From Octopus vulgaris (Eukaryota): a DNA stretch of 64,000 nt. The notes beneath the pieces were generated by a model that saw only the letters and a program-made list of their open reading frames with translations, ran no database searches and had not been told where the DNA came from. The stretch is taken from the NCBI GenBank assembly GCA_951406725.2, contig OX597817.1:174096001-174160000 (forward strand), written 5' to 3'. This document shows, in pieces, positions 38,691-52,279 of the stretch. A program made the translations under genes and the position numbers. Position 1 is the stretch's first letter; every line of letters starts with the position of its first letter.

Positions 38691-40292
38691 GTCTAATTTT
38701 CTTGATACCTTTATTTTTTTTCCTACTAACATATTGAGTTTTTTATATTTACAGACAAATCACCATAGAAATTAATTGCTAGACACTTTGATTAATTTAA
38801 TAAAGTGCCTCCTGATTATTAAATTGTGTTTGTTGTATGTGTGTGTTGCATATTATTACAGAAGTTATAATAATGCATTACATTGACTTTTTGTTTAAAA
38901 AAATTGAGAAGCAGTTCTGAAAAAGAATTTAAATGGGGGTAATGTTTGTTGAAACACACACACACACACTAAACTATATACATTTGCAAAAATCATCTCA
39001 GAGTAAAAACCAATGTCAGGCCATGCATTGTTTTTGCTTACCAGCTGAATATATTTCTTAAAACCTAGCTTCTTTGCTAACTTTCCCACACAAATTAAGC
39101 ATGCATATGTTTTATCTGCACTGCCAAGCTCTTATCATTAAGTTCATCCTTCATACGTTTTACATAGAATAGATTAGTTTCTTAGCTTGGAAAAAGCTTT
39201 TTTTCTTTCCTACTGACTAACGTAGCTTTATAGAATAGTATCCTGTATTTTTCCATTAAAACATTATTTACATATGCACACCAATTTATACATAGTGTTC
39301 TAGTTATCTATTTATATTGCCCATTGTCTTCTTCTTTAGTTCATCAGGTTAGAGGTTAGTTGTGTAGCGCCAAGTTCAGTATTAGAGAGTATAGGCAAGA
39401 GAAATAGAGGAAGACAATAGTTAGAACGAAATTCGTATGAAATTAAATGGGGGTGAAAAAACCCGTTAGCCATCAAAATTTTAACCTGGGGCAAGGGACA
39501 TAACTCTGTAAAAGAAAGCCACTCCAAGTCTGTACTTTTCAGCTGATTCAGAATAAACACACACACACACACGCACAAATCTTTTATGAATTTGAAATTA
39601 ATAATAATTTATTTTGAATGATCTGATTTTGCAAAAGTTGCAGGAAAAAAAAAACTTGGCACATTTAAAAAAAAAAAAAAATTTCTTGTTTGCAATTGAA
39701 ACCTGAAATATTGCAAACTTTCCTTCGAATGCATCACCTAAAATCTGACGAGTTTTTTTCTTGTACTTTTCCATCATTTCAGTAAATTGTTTGAATTTAA
39801 GATTTAGCCTAATACCAACTGCTTGACTGTGAATTTGCAAGACCAGATATTTTGTTTTTTAAAATTTCCATCTATAAATTCAATCTTCAAAATTCTATTT
39901 ATTTTACAGTTGGTTGACTTTTATGTGTAAACATTTTGTTGAGTATATCTAAACATTTTATAGTTAATAAACCAAAGAGTGTTTTGTTTTATTTTATCAT
40001 TTGATTGTATTGTTATAAAAATCCTAGCTGGTGTAAGGATTAAAGTAGAGTTGAAATCACCCATGGGCAAACTGCAGTAATGAAATATTACCTTGAATCT
40101 TTTTTTTTTTCATGTGCAGCCCACCTAATAATGAGCCATGTCTCATGTTGCTCAATTCTCAAAAATGCTCATCCTTGTCTGGTTTAGATACAAATGGAAA
40201 ATGTATTCGGTGTTTGATAGTCTGTTGAGGAAAGGTTAGGAAGTGGCAGAAAGAAAATTATTTTATAAATAAAGAGAAATTATTAAACTGCT

Positions 40293-40504
40293 TTAACCCT
40301 TTTGTTACCATATTTCTGTTAAAATATTACTGTCTTTGTTTTAATTAATTTTGAAAATAATGAAGAATTTTGTAAAATAACTTTGTCATTATTAAATTAA
40401 CATGAAATCTTGATGGAAAGTTTTAATTTAGATCATTTTAAAACAGGGAATTTGTATCATAATATCAAAGATGGATTCAAACAGGTTGATATCAAAAGTG
40501 TTAA
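40293..40504. mobile_element. piggyBac-like MITE, second family
   Basis: TTAACCCTTTTGTTACCA ... TGATATCAAAAGTGTTAA imperfect TIRs with TTAA ends. Degenerate relative near 43400-43650. Confidence 0.6.
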
Positions 40505-40742
40505 CAAGTTTTTGTTTTTTTGTACCTGTGTAGTATTGATGTTCTATGTGTAATGCTAAAACACCCATATAACATTTCACTAGTCATGGTTGAATGGCTA
40601 GTTGTCCACTTTGCAATCACAATTAGTGGTTTTGAACATAGCTTGAACTGGCCTAAGCAGTATGAAAGAAATTGGGGAAACGGTGGAGTGCTTCATCAAA
40701 TGGATTTTGCCTAGAATCAGAATCACCTTTCTCCACACACAA

Positions 40743-40958
40743 ACGAAAGGGGTTCTTGGAAGTTCCTGGCTTTGGGTAAAATACAAGAAGATCAGTTAAT
40801 TATGATTTTATTCAACATCTTCTCTTCTCAGACTCACCCACTTACAGCAGCGGTCTTTTGGTTTTTCTAAACCCTGTAAAAGAACTCAGGCGGTCAGGCC
40901 TCCAACCAGGCCTTTCATAATACCCTTAAAGTCAGGAACTTTTCAGCACCCCCTCATA
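40743..40958. mobile_element. Mariner-derived MITE
   Basis: Imperfect TIRs ACGAAAGGGGTTCTTGGAAGTTCCTGGCTTT and AAAGTCAGGAACTTTTCAGCACCCCCTCATA. Confidence 0.7.
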
Positions 40959-41525
40959 CATAGTTATGTTGATTCTGCTTGGACAGTCTTATTCTACATT
41001 AAGGGCATGGATGGAACACTCAATCACTTATACTATAATTCATTTAGTCGACAGCCCCATTGATTGAACAACTGGAATAACTGCAGTCAAAATTGACGTA
41101 TGAAAAAGAAAATGCTGTCCAAATAATATTCAAATAATACATCTCTTAGTTGTTATTGTTTAGCTTCAAGTCCTCTCTGTTCAAGCACACTTTTGATTAC
41201 AACACATCCCTGGCTCCACTTTCCAACCATGTCATGTATTTCACCTAGAGTTACATTATCCAATTTAGCTGTAATGGGTAGAATGGAATCAAGGTAGGCT
41301 TGGCTACCCTGTATATAAGCAATCGAAAAATTTGAATGTTATGTATTTTTGAAGAAAAAATAAAGCATGTAAGCAAAAATATACTATAGTCTATTATTAG
41401 TTAATAAACCTTGGTCATAATTATTTAGCTCCTTTGGTACTTTCAGACATCAGTTTTATTTGCCATGACTTATCAATATCACCATCATCTTCATTATTAC
41501 TTTTCTACAGCTTTAGGCTTGCAAG

Positions 41526-41563
<38 letters not shown>

Positions 41564-42654
41564 GTTTACCAAGGAGTTTCTATAGTGTTGCATCGTATAA
41601 TTCTTCTGCATTTGCCCACCCCATTTGCAGCTTATCACATATGCTTACTGTAATTTAAAGCATAATAGGTGTCAATATATGTTGCTGTAAAAACCTTGTG
41701 TGATTTGCTCTTTCAGATATTAACATATTAATATCAAATTATATATTAATCATTTCTTAACAGGCACAATTAAATACTATTTGTCAGTATTTTCCTGTAA
41801 GGATACCAAGTAGATGTATCTTAAAATTGAAGCCAAACTCACTCATGATTTTGAATTACTGTTCAGAGCATAATTTATAAAATATATTTTTAGAGAACAG
41901 CAACCTCTTAGTAGCAAAAACTTGTTTTTAAACCGAATCATGATGTTGCGACTACTGATAATAATATATTTAAAATATTGTTTTTTACATTGCTCTGTAT
42001 CACAATTTATAAGTATTATTCCACAAGATATTATGGTCAAGTGATTCTAAGTTTTGATATTGATATCTTGATTTGGTGAAAAAATGTTTTTCATTCCAAC
42101 CAAAAAAAAAAAAAAAAAAAAAAAACAAGTCTGCAACATTTTGAAATTGAATAATATAATAATTGCATAATTAATATTAATATTGCATTCCATAATTTAG
42201 AATTATTATTAACTAGCGAGATTGACATTCAATCTCGCTAGTGATTAGCTGTTTGGCACATTGATAAAAGGAAGAGTTCTTTAGAATAGTTATTACATAT
42301 GGAATATGTTTTGGAAGAGTACCTGTAAGCTACAGCTTACTTGAAGTTCAAGATTTCACCTAATTCTGGAAGAAAACATTTGATTATTATAAATACAAAT
42401 CACAGATTGTATGAAATATGTGCTGCAATTTGATTATATAGAATTAAAATTATGCTTAAAATTTTCAGTGAAACAATGGCTTCTTGTTTACTGTTACAGA
42501 AAGTAGTTTAAAATGGATCAGATTATTGCTGCAGGGCAGTGGCGTTAATTATTTAATTTCCTAATTAGGATATACTTCATTCTCTTTTCTGTCTTTCTCT
42601 CTTTTTTTTTGTACATTTGTAAATTTATTTTTTTGTTTTTTGTTTTTACTTCAG

Positions 42655-42766
42655 TGAAGCTCTGGCTGAACAACTTGATTCAATACAAAATGATTTGGAT
42701 GGTCTCCAAGGAATGCTATCAGATTCTAGTTCCACCTACAACTTGGATACCAATACTTTATTGTCT
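42655..42766 (+). CDS. HSF1: HSF exon: HR-C heptad repeat
   Basis: Long T tract then acttcag|T GAA GCT ... TTG TCT|gtaagt. Encodes EALAEQLDSIQNDLDGLQGMLSDSSSTYNLDTNTLLS, resembling the vertebrate HR-C pattern L.D.LD.....LD.LQ.ML.......D...LL. Confidence 0.93.
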
Positions 42767-44262
42767 GTAAGTTGAATTTTTAAAAAAAAATTAATTCCAT
42801 AACTTGTGTTGACTATTTGATAATATGTTTAAAAATAGGTTTTATCTTGAGACAAAACTGATTTGGATTTTTGATAAATCGAGGGTAAAAGAAATTGGAT
42901 AGAAAATAGTTTTCACTTTTGAGAAATTCATTCTTGTGATCAAGATTATATATTATACAGACTAGTGGTTCCTAACATTTCTCAAAACATTAGATAAACT
43001 TGTATAAGAAATTGAAATATTGTAACTAGGATTGCTTATTGAATAAAATTAGGGAAAAATATTTTTAAAATATTAGAATAACAAACCTACTTTTTTTAGT
43101 GGTTTCAAATCCATTTTTTCCTCCCACTTTAGTGGCGTGATATATTTATCAGGGCAGTTATTGGTGCTGTTTTAGCATGCAGTCTACTGCAGTGTCCACA
43201 GCCTATGCTGTCAAATGATTTGATCTAGGTTAGGGGTTACGTTTAGGGTTAGAGTTAGACCACATGCTTAAGTGTAAATGGCCAGGTAGAGTACATACCA
43301 GGAACCCTATTATTTTTTTAGTTGGATGCCCTTTCTGCTCCTAACCACTCAACCATGAAATAAATGTAGGCTTTCAAAATCTGAACTTTGAACTTAGCTT
43401 GGTAGTAGCCCAGTACTTGAAATCTTTTGTGACTGTGTTGCAGTTAATTTTAAAATAATGAAGAATCTGGAGGTATTTTGTGAAATAACCAAGTTCATTC
43501 GTTAATTGGAATATAAATAGTTGTTAATTTCTTATACAAAAATTGCAGTAGGTTTTAATTTGGATATGAAATCTTTATAGCAGTAAGTTTTGTCTTATAG
43601 AACCAAAGCAGTGAGAGTGTCCCAGCTGTGTTGGTATAAAACTATTTAAACTCCAAAATGGTTTCGTAGGCTGAAAAGTTAAACTCCTAAACATTTTTGT
43701 GTTTCTAACATTAATTTTCATTCATTTAAACTATTTGAATCTAAGTTCTATTGATGTGTGCATGTGTACATCCACACATCCATATCTAAATATTACTTCT
43801 TCATTAAGTAAATATAATTTGAAATTTTGACAGTCTTATTACTAATGATGGGACAGATTAAGTTTCATAATCACCAGTGTTTCTAATTAATGTATTAATA
43901 ACTTGAATATCCAACAGAAACATTTACCCATTCAACCTTTTTTTTTTTTTTTACCTTATACTTCTGATAATTTATGGGTTTTGTACATGTTCCTACAGTC
44001 TATAGTATTAAGTGGACAAAGAAAATCTTCACCCAGATAGATGCTAACTCTGTTATAGATAAACTTATTCATAAAGTCTGATACTTATTTTCTTGTGAAA
44101 TACATCAAGGTAGACTCTGCTAAGTACCTTGACCCGTTTATGTAATGTCAGGTATTCACTGTTCAACACAAACTTGCATGCTGGCATCTTATCTGCATAG
44201 CCATTGCATCTCACAGTCTATACAGCTATCTTTTTACCTTTACCTCTGCTCCAGATACAAAT

Positions 44263-44306
<44 letters not shown>

Positions 44307-45759
44307 TCAGCTTTTGGTCCATAGTCTCAAACTCTCTCTCTCTTTCTCACCACTACTGTAATAGCCTCTACTCCACTCCTTGGTGTTGGCTGGTCTTGTA
44401 CCACCTCCTCCTCTTCAGCACCCTAGACTCACTTGTCTTTCCTCCTCCCATCACTCATACACCACCCCGATCAGATGCTGCATTAATGCACCCGTGCTGG
44501 TGGCACCTAAAAAGCACCCAGCACACTCTGTTACCTTGTTGGTGTTGGGAAGAGCATCCAGCTGCAGAAACCATGCCACAACAGACAGGTGTTGTTTGAA
44601 CTGCTCCCTACTCACCAGCTCCATGTCAAGCTGTCCTACCTGTGCCAGTATGGAGAGCGGACGTTAAACAATGATGATGATGGTGACGTATAGTACTGAG
44701 GTAAATGTTCCAACTCTACAACATACGAATTCATGGTCAATTACCAGTTTCAGAAACCCTTGTTTATTTTTCAATAAAACAAGCTACCTCATCATTTTAC
44801 TGTCTTCTTCTCCATGCTTGCATCTCTCAGAAGAAATTTGTTGAAGCAGACATTCATACTATAGGTGGACACCCTTTCTGCTGCTGATCACCTGTTTCCA
44901 AGCAGTGATACTTGTTTATAATTAGTTTAGTGCACAACGCCTAGACAAGGATAGATGGATGGATGCCTCCATGCACATGCGTGCGTGGCAGGTTTCTTTA
45001 CAGTTTCCAACAACAAAATTCATCAGCAAGCCTGGTGCTATAGTAGAAGACACTTGCCCACAGTTCTGCACAGTGGAACTGAACCTGAAACTGTGTTATT
45101 GTAAAGAATGCTTCTTAACCACTCAGCCGTGCCTTTTCCTATTTTCAAAATATTTCATCCATTAATTGCTAAAATTACGTGTAATATTAGCAATATGAAG
45201 TCTATCAGTAAAATTGTGTTATTGGTTTTGTGTGTGTATGTATAGTATAGATTCTTGCAGAGTTGTTTCCTCCAAATTGTCTGTGTTTTCACTGGTTTCA
45301 GTTATTGGACTGTATCTATGCTGGGGTACTGCCTTCAACGGTATTAGTTTATAGTTTATTACGTCTATCTCACCACTTGTTTCATTTGGTCTGCAGCATA
45401 TTTTATCAATATCTATTGGACAAGTATTTTATCTTTAGGTGTAAAGAGACTCAACTTGACACATTTTAATATAGTTGCACACTCGCTTATACACACACAC
45501 ACGAAATTTTCACATAATAGTTTATGTCTAACCAAATTTCGCTCAAAGATTTATTGGACTTGAAGCTATAGTAAGAGGATGATTAATCAATATATTGCAT
45601 AGCTGGATTGGATCCAGAAGCATGCGGATGTGGAGCATACATGTCAATCACATGGACTAATTGACCTGTGTGTGTGTAGTTGCATGTGTTCATTCATGTA
45701 TGGTGCAAATCAGCATCTACTGGTAAATAAAACAGCAGTGTATATATAGAATGGTAACA

Positions 45760-47400
45760 GACCATTACTTACTCTCTCATTGATGCTGCAGAGAAAGAGG
45801 TTCATGAGACTCTTACACTGAGAGATTTGCTGGAAGAAGGGAATGCAAGGAAGAGTGAGGGATCAGCTGCTCCAAGTGGATTCAGCAAAGGTCCCAGCTA
45901 TTGAAGTTAACAACTATATGATCAAAATAGAGCCCGAGAAAGGAGCACCCTCAAAGACATCAAATTGATGAATCAAGTTATTAAGTAACACTTTGTTACT
46001 AATTAGGAAGAGAAATAGCTTAAACGTGTTGCAAGCCTATAACGAGAATGGTTGTACATCAATATGTTTGCTTTCTAGTGAAACAACTATACAAGTCCTC
46101 AGGTAAGAGCAAACTCCAGCATTTGTTGTCCTGGAGAAGACCTTTAACACAGTTTTACACTCTGTAGTCTGGGGTCTCTAAGAAAACTTTGGTATAGGTG
46201 AATTGCATATGAGAGCTGTACAAGTCCTGTACAGAGATGCCACCAGCAAGGTGAGAGTTGGCAATGAGTTCAGCAAAGAATCTAGTGTACAGTTATGTAT
46301 CTATCAGGGCTGGTGGGATCATCTGCATGACTGAATTTTCAGAGCTGTATCTATTGATTAGTGAAGATATTTCAGGCAAGCCTAGAATTGACAGGCCTTA
46401 AACCCTTTAGAATTCAGATTACTCTGTCAAATGTAATGCTTATTTATATTCACATTATTTTGAATCAATTGTGCAATATCTTGTAGCTTCTAGATTTTGA
46501 CGACATGATTGTTTACATTTAGAATGACATTGTAGGGTAGGTGTGAGAAGTTGGATCTGATTAGTTTGAACATAAAACAGGTAGAATATTAGAGCCAGAT
46601 TACAGCCAGTATAAATGTTAATGAGTTAAACTAATTTAATTAGCAGTAAACAAGACAAGCATGTGAGAAGTGGCTCAGCTTGATCTGTGGAAAAGGAGTA
46701 GGCAAGAAGTCCATATCGTATGTTTGATATAAACCTGTTTGGTGTACAAGAAATGTTATGGGATCATAGGCAGATTGACAGAGTAGGACTTAGTGTGCAG
46801 CAAATGTACAGGAGTAGTCAGTTATAAGAACTCTTCATAAAATGAATTCCTAGAAATAGTTAAGCTTTTCTTACCTAGATGACTTAATCAACAATGCAGG
46901 TGGTTCTTTTGATGGTATTGTTGCCAGTATGGAAAAAGTTTTGGAAGCTATTACTCTTGCAGCAACAAAGAGATCTTCCTCTGCAAGTGAAGGGCTGATT
47001 GTACAATACATCTGTATTAAATGTATTATTGGCACTAAATACAGAAGGATGCCTCCTGAGTAGAAAGACATGAGGTGGAGCTTTCTCTGATAGATGTGTA
47101 ATGTTATATGAATGATTGTCAGAGTACAAATGAGCTGTAAGAAAAACTGGGTATCAGTGGAAACGGTTGTAATATGGTGCAAGAGAGGATACTGCACTGG
47201 TATTGACATTTCATACAGACAGGATGATGATGGTTGACTAAAGAAGTGCTAAGCAATCGAGCTAGGAGGAAGATGGAGGGAATTGGGGCAATGGCTGATC
47301 TTAAAGAAATTATGAGGGACTGCAACAAGGGACAAGACACTCATCCGACCCATGCAAGATAAAAAAACAAAACATAAAGCAATAATAATGATGATAATGA
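45760..47400 (+). mobile_element. Very old RTE LINE remnant interrupted by a piggyBac-like MITE (46398-46630)
   Basis: Scattered similarity to the RTE copies (CTGGAGAAGACCTTTAAC, GTACAGAGATGC..CAGCAAGGTGAGAGTTGGCAATGAG) and a (GAT/AAT)n tail. Confidence 0.65.
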
Positions 47401-47840
47401 TCTCTTTCTTTCTCTCTCTCTCTCTCACAGTTTTTTGAGGTTACTTGATAAAATTCGATTCCACCAGATTTTGTGTTACTCCTATTATTTAATTTGAAAG
47501 TCTAATTGATTGATCACAACAAATATATTTTTCAACTTAAGATATGATATTAATATCATGAGAGCTATAGTTGGATTTTTATTTGCTTTTAGTTTCATAA
47601 TTTTCAAACACTCAGTGATTGAGCTCTTTTAATATTATGCAAAATACTTATTTCTCTATGGCCTTCATTTCATTCTCAAAATTTGTCACTTGATTTAAAA
47701 TGTAAACCAAGCAAAAGTTTTTTTTTTTAAAATTTGAATTTTATTAATTATAAAATGTGAACATCAATTTGTGCAGTATTTTTACTGCACATATTGATGT
47801 TCACATGCGTATATTTATGTGTATACATCATACTCTAGGA

Positions 47841-48073
47841 TAGTGGCTGTCAACCATTTTTCACTTATGATCCCTATTTTACTCAGGCAAGGAGGTCCCT
47901 CATAGCCATTCAATGTCTAAAAACCCCTATTACATTTTTATGATTAAATATGTTTAGGAATTGTATAGAGAAAGGTGTAAATGTTTTGTGTATTGCATAA
48001 AAATTTTTAACAAAATCTTATTTAGAACCCCCCCCCCCCCAAGGGCAGTATGAACCCCAGTTGAGAACCACTG
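47841..48073. mobile_element. hAT/Charlie-like MITE
   Basis: TAGTGGCTGTCAACC ... GTTGAGAACCACTG termini with TAG-containing 8-bp flanks. Confidence 0.55.
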
Positions 48074-49009
48074 ATATAGAACCATCAAAGTCACTACAAA
48101 TACTTGGCCTTACTATCACTGATGATTTCTTTTGGAAGATCACATTGCTAAAACTGCACCCAAAATACTAAACTCCTTCTTTGGAATTGGAAAATATTTT
48201 AGCTGTGATTAGATGCTGAAAATCTACAAAGCTTAAATGTGATCAGTATTTGAAAGCTATCCATATATGCATCTGTAATGGTAATGATGCTTCTCTCTCT
48301 CTCTCTCTCTCTCCCGCTTCCTCTCTCTGATACATAGAATATCCAGCTGATAAGCAAAGACTTTCAATCCAGGCATTGGCTTACTATCACTACTACAACA
48401 ACTTCTGCTTCTCTAAACTAGCATGCAACACACCATTGCAACCCAAGCTCATTCATGCCATCTCCACCTTAAATAACCATCTTCTTTCACCATACCTGAC
48501 ATTATTCCTGCCTATGTTTTCTGCACAGGCATCAGATTCCAACAAGGAATCCTCAACCACATCAGGCATAAAGGTTTGCATAGACCATAGGCAACACATC
48601 CCATTCTTTATCTAAAAGATAATTATAAAGTCAACAGCTAACATAACAGCACTAATTCTGGAAATGAGTTTCTGCTAGAAATAGCAGTCAAAGACTGTAA
48701 GGGCTCTCTTTGAATTCACCTTACTGTCTTAAAAAAAAAACAACAACATAAAAACAAGGTCTCGTTGGATGGTATGACCCTTGATACACCAGACTAAAAT
48801 AAAAGGTGGGATGTGCATGGCTGAAGCATGCTAGGATATACAGTTTTTCCTTTCTTTGACCTCCTTGGACCAAATAAAAAGTAACTTTGATGTGCAGGAT
48901 CTAGTAACCACTCCTAAGTATTTGATCTGTGATCAGGACTCAAACTTGCATGGACAGAATTAACTTAAACTATTCAATGAGGCACACTATGATGTCCTTA
49001 GTGAAATCA

Positions 49010-49440
49010 TAAAGTATGGCTTAGATGTCTCAGGCTTCCCTTCTCAAGCTCAAGCCAGTGGGGTTAGACCAAGGGGATGGTGAAAGGCCTGACTCTGCCA
49101 ATTTTCCTGTTCCATGGTGGTAAGCCCCCATCTAGGATGTCACATGCTGTGACACCTTCAGTGGCAACTTGGTGTGTTCAGTTACCAGTCCAGGCTCTGC
49201 TGCTTGTCAGCTTGAGAAAAGCAAACTGTCAAAGTATCAGTTGTTCTCTGGCAGGTTTATGGTTGGGCCTGTGGCATTCTCAACCCCTGGACCATATCAC
49301 CTCTATTGGGAAGGAGATGACTATCTGCAAGTGCATGCCCCATGAGTCAGAGTGGCTGTTCCAGTACATCTCCCTCCTCATCTTCAGGGACAATGCCTTT
49401 TCCATTTTGTCTGCTGGGACCATGAAGCTGTCTGAATTAC
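49010..49440 (+). mobile_element. CRE-like LINE RLE domain remnant
   Basis: RPD..., GGKP..DVTCCDT and WLFQYISLLIFRDNAFSILSAG. Homologous to 26700-27275. Confidence 0.6.
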
Positions 49441-52279
49441 AGGAAATTGAGAGAATGTAAGAATTTTGTAGCTTTATTCTTTTTTTCCCCCCTTTTCAGA
49501 ATGATCATGATAATATACTAACATAAAGTAAACTTAAAAAACATGTTTTTTAACTAAGCTAAAATAAAAAAAAACAGCAGTTGCAGTGGGTGATTTATTC
49601 TTTGCCCACTCAATAAAACCACCAGTGTGACTCTGATGTCAGTTTATATTTAGAATGTAAATGCAGAAGCATTGAGAAATATGTAGATAAGTAATTTAAA
49701 GATGTAATTTGAAGGAAATTCAGTTGTAAATAATAGCTTGTAATAATATATTGGGTTCTTAGAGGCATTTCGTCTGCCTTTGTGTTCTGAGTTGAAATTC
49801 TGCAGAAGTTGACTTTGCCTTTCATTCTTTTGAGGTCGATCAAATAAGTCCAAGTCAAGGACGAGGGGTCAATGTAATCGACTTACTCCCTCCCCTGATA
49901 TTATTGGCCTTGTGCTAAAATGTGAAACCATTAATATATTGGGTTAAATCACTTTGATTGGGAAAAAAAAATGACCGAAAGTTTGTGGCTTTTGAGTAGA
50001 CTTGGATTTGGTTGATATAAACTGAAAGAAGCCCATCATTTGTGTGCGTGTTTGTGCAGCCCTGTTTTGACATTGCATGATAGTTGTAATTGAATGTCAC
50101 TGTCATAAAAGTAATGTCGTTTGTTTCCAATTTTCCATGATAACATGCCTAGTCATGGGAAAATATTACCTTGGTTACAAGCAAGTAAGGATTGGTGACA
50201 GGAAGGGCATCCAACTGTAGAAAATCTTCCCCAGCAGATTCTGTCTGATCCATACAAGCATTGAAAAGTGAACATTCGAATGATTGTGATGATTATATTA
50301 CAAGATCATAGATTTAGTTTTGGGGAACACTATGTAGGAATTGAACCTGTATGGCAGTCTTTGTTTCCTGTATCATTATCTGCTCATGAACTATGGGTTC
50401 CTGCTCCTGACTTCATCTATGTAGAGCTAAAAAGACTGAGCCAGTAAATAGTGTTGTTGTTTCTTGATCAGGTCATTCTTGATCAAGCAGGCCTTTCATC
50501 AAAGATGTTCTCGCTTTAACCATCCCTTCTTTATTTAGAAGTAATATCAGACTGTTATATGATGTGTTGTTCATCATCATCATCATCATCATCTGTTTTC
50601 CATACTGACATTGGTTGGACAGCTTGACAGGAACTGGCAAGGACAGTGACTGCAGCAGGTTCCATAATCCATTTTGGCTTGGTTTCTATGGTTGGATGCC
50701 CTTCCTAATGCCAATCACTTTACAGAGTGTATTGGGTGCTTTTTATGTGGCCCCTTGGTTTTAGGGTTTCAATTATTCCTTTTATTTTTTCCAAGACAGT
50801 ATGGTGTAAGGAGAAGGAAAATTGACTGCTATTTCCTGGACGTCAAATACCCCATTCTCGTTTTTGATCAGTAAACCAAATTTCTTGACTAGTTTAACAT
50901 CCGCACTTGACCCTTGGGTACCTTCAGCAGAGTCCTCTCTGCTGCAAGTCCCTTCTATTTAACCAAGTTTCTGTTCTGAGGACAAGTTCCTGTCCTTTTG
51001 CCAGTCACTGAGCCCTTGCAAAGGATCATAGGGGTCTACCCTTTTGCCTTTCACTAGCCCCTTAAAAATCATCTTGATTGTAATTCACTGCATCTAATGA
51101 AAATAACTTTAGCTCATCCGCCGATTTTAGACACTAAATAGCTTATTGAACAACGTGTATATATAAACAAACTTACATTTGTTTTTATTAGAAGCATTGA
51201 ATGGGTATTGTACGATACAAACAAGGAGGTAATTTACCCATTATTTCAGCAGTTCTAACGGCAATGCTGTGTTCGAAACAAATATCACCTTGTTTGTATC
51301 ATACATTGCTGCTGCTTTACTGTCATGTCACTTCACACCTCTAACTTGTACATCACACTGTCCATTCTTAGTTGATTCTCTTCTTTATTCTATACACTCA
51401 CGCAATGCTTATGAAGTTCCAGCCCTAAATTAGATTGTGTATAACTTGGGTATAGAATATGTACACTCTAGGTTGGAATATAAACTGTCCTATAGGGGTC
51501 ATATTTTTGACATCACAAAGCTTTACACTCTGATACTCAGTACTTTGCTTTCTCTCTCTCTCTCTCAAGTTTTATCAAAAGTAATGCTGTGAAGAAAATA
51601 AATAAAAGATAAATGGCTAGAAGAAATAAGGGAAAAAAATCAAGAAATATGTATGCAGGTACATGTTTACAGAAGCTTACATAGAGATATGTGCAGATTT
51701 TTACCATCTTTAAAAATGTTTCTTTTGGTGTAGATGATGCAAAAATGTATGAAAATACAATGAAAAAATAGATGACTTCGAGGAATAACAGTGTGAAATT
51801 TCAGTTGTGAAACAGATTTCCATATCTGAAGATCTTTTCTAAGTACATGTGTTTAGATGGAAACTTTTAGTATTTATTTAGTAGTAACTCTTATTTATTA
51901 AATTAAACTAGATATTCTATTAGCACAAATCCCAAATAGAAAATTATGTACACAGAACCACCCCTGGGAACTGAACCAAACATCTGCTGCAAATCCAGAC
52001 AACCACACCAATGCCTACACCTAAATCACCTGGCATATTCCTTCCACTTAAATTAATATTCCCCTCTCAGCTGTGACTATATGGCAGCTACTTTGTTTCT
52101 ATCTGTCTCACCTGCTGCATAAGAATCTTAGATATTTTGAAGCCCAAACTGTATAAAAATCATTCCATACTTTATTTTTTTTTTGTCGTTATTTTTTAAA
52201 AAATTTACCATTTAACATCATTCCCATCTGAAATTCTCAATGCTTGTATGATTTTGAAAAGATCTACAGCACACTAATA

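Noticed and set aside
43225-43260. Telomere-like TTAGGG variants
   Set aside because: Only about 5 degenerate units, too short to support an interstitial telomere.
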